A stretch of DNA of 64,000 bases from an uncultured virus (IMG/VR IMGVR_UViG_3300021387_000008) (taxonomy: Duplodnaviria; Heunggongvirae; Uroviricota; Caudoviricetes; Crassvirales). The notes under the pieces are model-generated. The model had not been told where the DNA came from, did no database searches, and saw nothing but the letters and a program-made list of their open reading frames with translations. A program made the translations under genes and the position numbers. The DNA lies in IMG/VR virus record IMGVR_UViG_3300021387_000008. One strand, written 5' to 3'. Positions 25,934-37,900 of the stretch are shown here, piece by piece. Position 1 is the first letter of the stretch. Every line of letters begins with the position of its first letter.

Positions 25934-28900
25934 CTATTCTTTAATCCATTCTGCAATATCTTTTACAGGAATGATATTAAGCATATTATCTCCAAGTTTG
26001 TAATAATGATTATCATCAGCGATATTAACAATTGCATTGATACCTCTCCAAACAGGAATACGACGTTCAATATAAACTCTAAGTTTATGTTGACCTGAAT
26101 ATTTACCAGAATGATAATATGGGTCGTAATCTTCTCCTTCAAGTAGAATTTGTGACATAGTACCCATAGAAGATAGAACGTCATTTACAATACTTTGTAC
26201 AGCAACAGGATTACTCCAAAGTTTTTTAGCTTCTACCCAAGCACCATAAGGATTAAATTGGAAACTTTCAGATGCAAGACGGTCAGCTTCATATAGACAG
26301 AGATTATATATGATACCATCTTCGTCGTCATCGTCACCTAGTGCTCGCAAACCAATAGCTATTGCGACTGCTGCAAGTACACCACAAACATCTCCAAGAT
26401 TTCTAGCAATATTAGCTCTTTCATAATCAGGAAGAAGATTCCAATGAGTATTAACATTTAGACAGAAATCAGCAACGTGCTTAAATAGATTTTGAAGACC
26501 TTCCATACCTGTCACTTCGTTATCCTTCATATCTTGACGATATTTTCTAATAGGAATAGCTAAAAAGTCAATAAGAGCATTATAGCATCCTTTTTCAATA
26601 GTACCTCTTTCTTCGTTATAGTAACCGTGTTTACGATAACGTTTCATAATACCAGGATAAATATGCTTATGATATTGCATTGCAAGAGCACCCCACCAAT
26701 ACTTTTCAAGTTGAGCAGAACCCATTCTATCGTATACACCATGAATCTTTTTGTTAACTGATATTACTCTACCTTTAAGAGCTCCAAGTATCTTATAAGC
26801 GTCATTCACATCAGAATTAGTTTCTGCAGAATTATTAAGTTGGAAGAGGATAGAACCATCAGCAAATGCTAGCTTACCATTATCTCCAAGTTTAAACTGA
26901 GACATAACATCAGGTTGCTTATCAAAGTCTTCAAGAGCTTTCTTTTCAAAATCTTTTCTAAGTTCAATAAATTTCTTTTGCTTATCTTTATCAAGACGTT
27001 CCATAAATTCAGTAGTCATGTCTTTTCTAAACCAAGCAAATTCTTTACGAACATTATCATCAGAAAGTTGAGATTTTCTAAACTCTTCAAATTCTTTCTT
27101 AAGAGCTTCATTATCTTTGAGAATTTCAAAAAGAGCATCTTCATGAGCATCTCTAATAACTTCAGCACGTCCTTTTACTATATATTTAGTTTTACCATTA
27201 AGTTCAGGATTTTTATTTTCATAAAGTCTGTGACTTAACATAATACTAAACATAGCACCATTCTGCATAAAATGTTCACCCATAGTTTGAGGACTAAACA
27301 TCATATCTCTAGCACGCTTAAGATAGGTAGCGGGGTCTAAGTCAGCATGAACAACTCCAGTCCATTCATCAAAGTCTACTACATTCATAAACTTAATCAG
27401 AGCTCCAGCAACAGTAGATGATTTTTCATCATACATATGAGAGAGATAATCAGGAACATTAGACATCCAAATAGCTTTACCTTTAAGATATTCTTTAGTA
27501 CCAAAATATTCTTTAGCAAAGGCTTCTGCAAGAATTTGAGTTTCACCAAGAGTTACGTTAGCAATACCGCCTCTTATATTCATCATCATAAAGTTAGCAC
27601 TAGTAAATGATTGCATAAGATTAGCCCAACGAGTCCAACGAGGATTATCATGTTTCCATTGATTAAACATTAGACGACGTAGCCAATTAGTATATTGCTC
27701 ATATTCTCTTTTAGAATCTCTAGTTTGATAAACAACTTTATTTCCTTTGGACTTTCTCTTATCAATCTTAAGATTAGATTTACCTAAGTTGGTATCATAC
27801 ATCATTTGATTTTTGAGAATTTCTTGTCCATAATAAAGCATAAGTCTATTATCTTGAACAGCATTATAATGAGCAGCCTCTTTAATAAAACGTTTGATAA
27901 CTTCTTCCCAATTTCTATTAAGTTGGTCTTGATTATACTTTTCTCTTTCAACTTCATATTTAGCAAGAGCCTTGTTATACTCATCTAATTTCTTATTATA
28001 TTCATCAACGTCATCACCTTCTTTAAATTCAGGCTTTTCTGGTTTCTTAGCTTCGATTTTTACATCTCGAAGTTTAGCAGTCATAGGCATTGATGGAATA
28101 TAATCATTAGCATAATTTATTCCTTCATCAAGTTCTTTGCCAGTATTAGTATCTTCAATCCAACCTACTCCCTTAGCAGCTTCTTTAAGATAAAATCTTA
28201 AATCATGCTCTTCGTCTTTAGACATAATAGGCATATTACCTTCTTCAAAGAAACGTTTAGCAGTTTCAACTTTAGCTAAAGCCATAAGTAAATTATAAAC
28301 CTCAGCTTGAAGTTTCTTTTCATATTCGTTTTGATGAACATCATTTTTATATTTACCGCCGTTATCTTTGTAATTTATACCAAGACTGATACCATCCTTA
28401 TGATTAGGATTCTTATATTCTTCTTTAGGAATTGAATGAGTTTGATTAAATCCAGGTTCCCAAGTACCTTCATTAGCATCATTAAGACGACTAATCATCC
28501 AAGACCTATTAGGAATCATTGTTCTACTATAAGGATTATAAACATGATTATCAGCATACCATTCTTCAAAAGTTCTACCATCAGCATCTACACCTTCTTT
28601 CTTTCTACGGGCGTACTCTTCAAAGTAATATTCACTCGGCTCTGTAACCATATAACCTCTAATAGTTTTAAGAGCTTCAGTTTTAGCCTCATCTATATAG
28701 ATAAGTTTACCAGTCTTAGCGTTCTTTTTAGCTCTAGCCTCAGCAGTAGGAACAGCCTTACCATAGATAAGACGATTTGGTTTACGAACTTTCTTACCGT
28801 CTTCGGTTACAAATTCAGTATTAACAGAATCCCACAAGTTCATATCCATACCTGCAAGTTCTGCTGCATTTCTAGCTATATCAAAGTTTTCTTGATTAAT

Positions 28901-31900
28901 AACATAGTCTATATTTTCTGAATGTAACTTAGCATATCTAGAACTCCAACTAAATTCAATATCTTCTTTAATTTCTCTAAGTTCTCTATAAAGATTAGCA
29001 AGCTTATTAAGTTCATCAGTTGTCATATCTACCCAATTTATGGTCTTACTATTACCATAATGTTGAGAAAGAATGTCATTGATTTCTTTAACTTTAGCTT
29101 TATATTCAGCACTCTTTGCGTAACCTTCCCTATAGAGAAGTTTATAGAAATCCTTAGTATAGACTTCATCTACTTCCCCTGCACTATTAATAAGACTAGC
29201 AGCTACAGAATCAGCATTAGCTTGATTGTTATACTCTTCTTGTTGAGTCTTGGTAAGATTTCGTTGTTGTTCAACATTAAGTTTTCTACCATCAACTCTA
29301 CCTTTAACATCATAAGCATCAGCATTAGTTGCTACAAGTTTGAGGATTTCAGAAGTCTTTGATTTCTTACTACCGTTTCTAAGAGCTTTAAATGCAGCAT
29401 TTACTTTTTCATAAACCTCAGGGTTAGGACTAAATATAGCATTTTTCTTAAGCCAAGTAGCAGCTTGTTGATAACGTTCATTATGTTTAAGTTCTTCTTG
29501 ACTTGCTTGAGGAACACCATATTTATCTCTACGTTCTGCTTCTTTTATAACACGAAGATTTTCTTCAAGGTCTTCTCTAAATCCAGCATTTTCTTCTTTA
29601 TCATAATATTCATCATAAAGTTTTTTAATATCTGTCTTATAATTACTTAAAGCTTTAGCATCTTCTAATTCTTTACCTGTTTTAGAACTAAATGTATGAC
29701 TATCATGGTCATAATTCATAGAAGCAGTAAGACCTTTAAGTTCCAAATCTACATCTCTAAGTTCTTTCTCCCAACGAGGGTCAGAATCATTTGTATTAAG
29801 ATGACTTACGATATCTCTACGTTTAGCAAGTAAAGCTTTATATCTAGCAAAGATTTCTTCATGATTATTAATCATATTTTGTTCAAGCTCAATCTTCTTA
29901 GTATAGAAAGACTTAATAGGAAGTCCAAATTCATCTTTAGTATCTCCTTTAAGTGCAAGTTCTACATTATCATTAAGCCATTTATCAAGAGCAAGTTGTG
30001 CTTTATTTAAAGCTTTATAATCAATAGTTCCATCAGGAAGACGAGTATTCTTAATGTCTTCAACATTCTTTCTAAGAGCAGCATAGTCATCAATAAAGCT
30101 ATCTTTATAGGGTTGGATAAGTTTACCTGTCTTATCAACAATATTATCCCAATTAATACTCATACCAGCTGCTTCAGCTTCTTTTTTAATTGCTGCAACA
30201 GTTTTCTCAAATTCAGAAACACGTTCTTCAGCAGCCATTTCTTTGGCTCTGATATCAGCCATAACTTCTTTAGTTATAATCTGAATAAGAGGATTAGGCA
30301 TTTCCTGAGTATCATTAATCATAGCCTCAATCATACCACTTCCATAGAAACCATCGAGAAGAGTAATAATATCACTTTCTAATTTATTGTTCCATTTAAG
30401 AAGAGGATTGCTACTAACTTTAGCAAGATAATCGTTAGCAAATAATTCAAGACCATTACTAGTCAAAGCCTCATCAAGTTCTACAACTTTCTTTTTAATG
30501 TTATCAAGATAACGTTTTAGCATTGGGTCATGACTAGAAGTATCAAATGCGGAGTAAGCTTCAAACTGACGCTTAATCTTTCTAGCATCAAGAAGAAGTT
30601 TCAGATAACGTCTACGTTCCTCTGGATTATTTCTAATGTAATCAATAAGTTCAGGGTCAGTAACTTTATAAACTCTACCATCTTCTGTTTGGAAGTGTTG
30701 AAGTTGATCATTAATTCTATCAACTACTCTATTCAAATAGTTAGAAATAATAAACAATCCATCTTCTGTACTACCTACAGGATTTTCTTTATTGATACCT
30801 CTTTCAGAAAGCATACGTCTAGCGTCTTCAGCAATTCTATCTCCTTGAGCAGCGTTATCAAAGATAGCATAAACTGAAAGTTCTCCTAAATCCTCAGTAG
30901 TATCAGACATCATTTCTTCAGGAGTAATTACAACTTCTACTGATTTGTGAGCTTTAACTTGGAATACATCAAGACTTGGCTTTTTAAAGCCCATAGCACG
31001 CAATCCATAATTAGAATTATTAATAAGGTCATTATATGCTACATCTCTAGAAGCAATAGTAACATCTTTATTCTCTCCTAAATATTTCTTTTGTACATCA
31101 GCTATTTTAGTACCTGCTCTTGTTATATCATAGACAACACCATCAATTTCTTGAACAGTCATATCTCCAGGTTTTGGAAGTTTTTCAGCAAGTTCTGGAC
31201 TCCAAAGATAATAAACATTACCTTTAAGAATTTCAGAAGAAGCTCTATTTATTTTACTAACAGTGTTATCTTTAAGTTCTGACATTTCAAAGTTTGCTAC
31301 ACGCTGTACTTTATATGTAATAGGAGACATAAAGTCAGCTTTCTTAGAAGTATCAGTTCTACCATCTATAATAGCTTCAAAATATTCAGCACTTGGTTGC
31401 TCATTGTTTTCAAGTCTTGTAGACCATTTAGTATGCTCATTAGGTTGAAGTTTGTTAAGAGGATAAGCATATGCAACTCCATTTTTAATTTCAAATCTAT
31501 AAGTTTTGCCTTTATGACCAGTAGTCTTAAAGAATGAACAACAATCAATATCTCCGTTATCGAGAATTCGAACCATATTGTTTTCTATAAGAGTTGCAAT
31601 ATTATTATCGTTTAATTGGATAATAAGCACGCCCGTAGAAGGATGTCTTTGACGCTCAACTTTCTGTCCGTTTTCATAATCAGGATAAGTTTCCCAATTA
31701 TTCTCATCAACTAATGCTCTAGGATTTAAATCATTAATTTTAATCTTAGGCATACCTTGAACATCATGACTTCTTACATATCGCATAAGAGCTTCTTTTG
31801 TATTTACTTGATGTCTAACATCACGTACAGCATCTCTCATATACGATACAATACCAGTACCACCTTCTTCAATAGATTGCATCAGAGGAGTATTTCTGAT

Positions 31901-34900
31901 AACTTTGTTAACAGCATGCTGACTCATTTGAAAACCTTCTACAACAAAAGAATATTTAATCAAATCTGCAGCAGCAAGTCTGATTAAAGGATTTTCATTA
32001 TAGAAAGCATTATTGAACATAGAGTAAGCATCTTCAATATTTACAGAATCTTCTGCAAATTCTATTGTTTGAGAACCATCTCTGTTATTATTTCTAAGGT
32101 CTACTTTAAAGAGTCCAAAAATACCAGGATTCTTAGCATTTTGCTGAATCCAAAGAACTTTCTGAGCAGGAGACATTTTACTCCATTGTTTTATATCAGC
32201 CTTTGTAGGTTTATAAAGACGCTGAGGCTTAAAATCTATATCACTAGGAGCACCAAATCCATAAATTCTAGCTACTTCTCCTTGCTTACTCTTCCTTTCT
32301 TTTTCATCTTTAGGATCATTGTCTGCAGGTGTTTCAATATCAAAAGTATTATCTTTTTGATTAAATATCACAGGATGCTTTATAAATGGAATTTCAGAAT
32401 AAATCTCACCAAGAATATATTTCTGATAATCTGTATATTGCTTTTCAGATATTCTAGAATCAAATCCTAAAGCAACCTTAAGCATATTTACAGCTTTAAC
32501 AAAATCTTCATTCTGAGTTTCAAATAGAGTTCTATTAATAACAACACTAGGAGCAGTAGCATATTTCAAGAAAGAATATAAAGGAGGATAAGAACTTTTA
32601 CGTTCAGGCTTAGCTTTCATAAAGGTTTCAACATCTCCATCACCAATACCAGGATATACAGCTTCAAGAATAGAAACTATATTAGGAGTACCATCTTCAT
32701 TTCTTCCAACCATTACTTGTAATGGTATATCTTTTTTATCAATAAGTTCTTGAATATCGTCAAACACTTTAGATGTTTCGTAAATATTCTTTTTAGCACC
32801 AAACTTATCAGGATTCATAACTCTTGCTACATCACCAATACGTTGACTAAATTGAGCATATTGGAAATATTTAAGAAGAATACCTAAATCAAAAGCAGCA
32901 CGAGTAAGTTTAGCTTTATCATCATTTTCTTTTACGGGGGAGCTTGCAAAGATTCCACTCTCATCAATTCTATCTTTAAGAAGATAAGTAGGAAGAGCAA
33001 AGTTTTCAAACTCTGCCTCATTACCTTTAATAGATTTAATATCAAGTTTAACTCCAAAGAGTTCTTCAAACGCTTTTCCTAATTCTTCATTTTCGTTAAT
33101 AGCTTTGACAATTTTATTAAGACTTACGCCCTTTGTAGTTTTACCTTTCTTTTCTGTTGTTTTAATACCGATTTCTCCAGCAAGACTTCTAATAGCTTGT
33201 TGAATAGGATTAGTATTAAATCCTGTAAAGATAGATTTATTATTGTTATAAGCTGATACAATTCTGCTAACAGCAGGCTGAGCCATAAATCCAATAGCAG
33301 TATCATAGTCAGAACCTACATCAACAAAAGACTTATATACAGCAAAAGTAAAGTCATTAACATTAGGTGCAGCACCTTCCTTAATAGCATCAAGAATGTG
33401 AGCAGTTGTTTCAGATGAGTAAGAAGTAAGAATTCTACCTACAACATTTTTGTTATTTCTACTCCAACCAAAAGTCTTATGACGAACTTGAATATATTTC
33501 TTATCTTTACTAGGGTTTACATTTTGTTCGCCAAATGCTTCTTTAAGTTCTTTAATATCATACTTTGTAGCATCATACAACATAACGTAGGCATCTGTCT
33601 TAACTACAGGATGAACTGTATTACAAACAGAACACAAGTTATCACGAGTAACACTAAAGCCTTTAAGTTTAGCACCACTCATAGCGTCATCTTGATAATC
33701 AGCTTGGTCAAAGAAGTTATAAGGACTCCTTTTTTGTCTACGGCTACGCTCAGTAGGACTCATCATTTTTTGAATAGCACCAAGATTATCTTCATCTGTG
33801 TTGCTAATATCATCAAAGTTAGAACGTCCAAGATTTTCTTCAAGAGAAGAATCATCTTTAAGAATAGTCATCATGCAATTAAGAATTTCATTATCTCTAG
33901 CTTCTTTAGAATTTATTAGAGAAATATCTTTCTTTTGGTAATTTTCCCAAGTTTCAAGATTATGAAGTTTAGCATAGTGCTTTAAATCACTCATAAATTC
34001 TGCATTAGCATCAGCTGTTTTCATTCCATCAGCTACGTCTTCTGCAGTTATAGTACTATTATCTTTTATAGCGTTTAATTCTTCATTAGAAAGATGACTA
34101 AATACATAATTTTTATACGCTTGGAATTTATCTTCATTATATTCAGCTTTATGTACTTTACCGTCTTTACTTACATAAAAATGAAATTGAATACCATAAA
34201 TGGAGTCAATATCAAAGTCAGAACCAGTTTGAGGAACCCAGCCATCAGGAACAATAATAGTAGAACCTTGAGCATCATCTGTAAATCCTACAACTTTCAT
34301 AACAGCAACAGACTGTTTACCTTCTGTAGGAATACGATAACCAATAAGTTCATCAACACCAGCCTCTTGTATCATCTTTAAGGCAGTAGCGTTATCATAG
34401 CCAGAAAGACCAAAATTAGACTTTGGAAGCATTACTTCAATATAAGGAGCATATTCTTCTGTTCCATCTTCATTTAATCTACTATGGTATCGAAGAGCAT
34501 CGTTTATTTGAATATTTTCTTTCTTAAAACCTATTTGAGTAACTTGAGCACCATGGAAACCAGGAAGCTTTTGTCTAGTAATTCTACTATTAAAAAGAGC
34601 TTGAGCAACAGATTCAACTCTACTAGATACATTACTAAAGAAGTTAGGCATAAGAGTCTGAGCAACATTATCTAATACTTGCTCGTCAAGAGTAAAGTAA
34701 TCAGAAATGTTGCTATCAACTCCAAGACGTTCAGCCTCTTCTCTGAACATATCATAAAGTTTCTTATAGTCTAAACCTTTGATTTGACCGTCTTCATTAA
34801 GAATAGGATAGCCATTTTCATCAGTTTCTACATTAAGTTCAGACATAAGAGTATTGAAAGCAGATTGAACATTAGCAGAATAAAGTTCCATAAATCTCTG

Positions 34901-37900
34901 CTTAACAGGATAAAGTTTATGTCCAACAGGAATATTATCAATAATCTTTTTCATAATCTGAATACCAGCCTTATTCTCAGCATTTACGTGCTGAGGAGTT
35001 TCTTGCTGAGTATAAAGATAATTATAATTGAAATATTCTGCTGCACCGTCTGCTTTAGCATCAAAATCATCTAAGTTCTTTTGAGTAAGATTACCTTCAT
35101 TATCCCAAAGAGTTAAAACATTATGCTTACCTGCTTTAGAAGTTTCTTCAGTATTAAGTTGGTCAATATCATGTTTCTTCATAAGATTATAAATTTGCTC
35201 AAGTTGAGTTCCTTTAATAAACTGAGGAACAAGAACAAATTCAGCATTTTTAATCTGACGAGGAACAATAACACCAGTTTGTTCATCATAATATTGGTCA
35301 TAATAAAAATTCTTTTGTACTTGAACAAAAGCATCCATTTCAGTATCTGTAAGAGTTTCACCTTTCTGAATCTTCTCAATAAGAGGAAGATGTTTCATAA
35401 GCTGACCTCTTGCAGCAATACGTCTAACCCATTCTTCAAATGTAATATAAGACTGAGCGTCATTAACTTTTGCACCAGCAAAACCAGCCATCATATTTCT
35501 AGCTCTTTGCTTATCGTTCTCATTAGGTCTCTTTCTACCTGCTTGAGTAGCAAAGTTTTGACTAAGTTTTTTAACAAGAACTCCATCTTTACCAGAGCCA
35601 TCAGCTTTCTTATACTCTGCTTCTACGGGGGTTCTTACAGTGTTAACAATAGTAATAGCTCTAAAACTATCATATTGTCCTATATTACCAATTCTATCAA
35701 TAACTTCCTTAGAATTAAGTAAAGCACCTTCCTTTGGAGTTTTAGCAGTAATAGTAAAACTGTTATTATAATTTACAATGCCATAAGGAACACCACTACC
35801 TTGTACTTCTTTAGCACGCTTTAAGAAATCTTGAGCACTACCATAGAATTTAGAACTACCCTCAAACAAATCATCAAAATTCATATACATAAGATGAGTA
35901 TTGAGAGCAAATTCACTAACTTTTCTATTAAATTCTTTATCTTCTTTATCTTCACCAAATAAAGAAGAATTAGATTCTTTTATAAACTTTTTAGAGCCTT
36001 GAATTCTATTTATAGCTTCTCTAGTATAATCAGCTATAAAGTTTTCAATCATAGCATCAAGACCATCTCTAAATTCTTGAGATTGAGCATCAAGATTAAC
36101 ACCAGCAATTCTACCATTTTCTTTAATAAATTTAACAGATTCGTTAGTATTAGTGCTGATACCTCCCCCGTAGAGAAAATCAACAAAGTTATCTATAAAC
36201 TCTTGACCATAATTAATTTCAGTACCATCAGCTTTAACAATAGTAAACTTATTAGATTTAAATACATTACCTGTCAAAGTTTCGTTATCAGTTCCAAAAC
36301 CTTTAACTACTTCTCCATTGTAATGATATTTTTTATAAAGTTTACTTGTAGGCTTATTTTCAAAACCTGGATTAAACTGAAGTACATCTTTACCATTCTT
36401 ATGTGCTCTAGTAACAACACCATTTTCATCGGTAACAAAAATAGTATTAATTGCATCACCCATATCAATAAGTTCTTGCAGGAAAGCATATTTAAACTGT
36501 TTGAAAATAGGATGATTTCTATTAATCTTACCATCAGAAGTTCTAAGAGCATTAGGACCTGTCTGAGATATTTGATATCTAGGAGCAGTAACTACAAATT
36601 GAGTACCAGAGTCAGAAGGAATACGCATAAAATAGTTAGCCATAGGCGTACCGTTTATACTACCGTCTGTATTAAAGAAGTTAATAAAAGCTGTAGTAAT
36701 ATAGTCAGCTTTACTCATCTTAGAATACAATGTATTCTTACCATTATCAAAACTTGTAGCACCATTGAACTTAGAAATACGAAGTAAATCAGTAGCATAT
36801 TCTGTAGGAACATAACCATTACCTTCTCTTCTAAACAAACCTCTATTTACAACTCTGCCGTCTTCAATCTTTTCAACAAGAATATTACTAAGATTATACT
36901 GAGTAGATTTAAATTTAAATTCTTTAAAATGTTGAAGAGGACAATCTTGAGCGTAAGTTACGTTACCTTCAGCATCTTTAAACTTTCTATTGAGAGAAGA
37001 CTGAAGAGTATTAATAAAGTTAGTTAAGAAATTGTTATTAAGAACATCACTACTAAGCTTACCTTCAGTATTTCTAGAATTTAAATCAACTCTAACTACA
37101 CTGTAAGGAGCAAGATATTCAGCTAAAGCTTGAGCCTCTCGATAGTTAGAATTATCTACATAATCGGTATTATAAAGAGCTTGTTTCTTTTTTATATTCT
37201 TTTCTGTAGCAATATCATATTGCAAACTATTGTAAGCAACAGCAGTTCTTTTTGCAGCATTAATAGTTCTCTTTAATGCGTTTGTAAGATTAGAGAGATT
37301 AGCTGAAACATTAACATTACCGTTAGCATCTGTTGCATTATAAAGATAGTTAGCAATACCATATCTATCTATGGTAGGATAGTAAGTTTGCAGTAAACTT
37401 GTAAGATCACCAATATATTTAAGAACGTGCTCTTCATTAGGCTGTTTAGCAATAAGATTTAAGAACTGAGAATAAGGCATATCAGGATTAAGTCTGAGAT
37501 ACTTATCAAGTTCCTCAAACTTATCTTCTATTTCATAATTGTTTACAGAAACAGCAGTAGATTTAATAGTATTTCTAAACTCAAAAGCTAAAGCAGTAAC
37601 AGCATTACTTCTCTTATTGGCTAAATTAGGTTTACCATTCTTTTCATCAACAACAGTTTCTAATTTAGACATAATACGTTTAGCAAAGCTATTATAAACT
37701 TTATATCTAAAGTCAGCATCGTTTTCCAAATCTTCTGCAAACTTCATGAAAGCTTCAAATCCAGCACATTGCCTAGCAATACGCTTGATACTTTCAACCA
37801 TTGCAACATCATCAGTAAAATCACCTTGATGAAACAGAACACTAGAACAACTTCTAGCATCCATAGTGTTTACAATTTCATAAAGATTTTCTTTATCAAG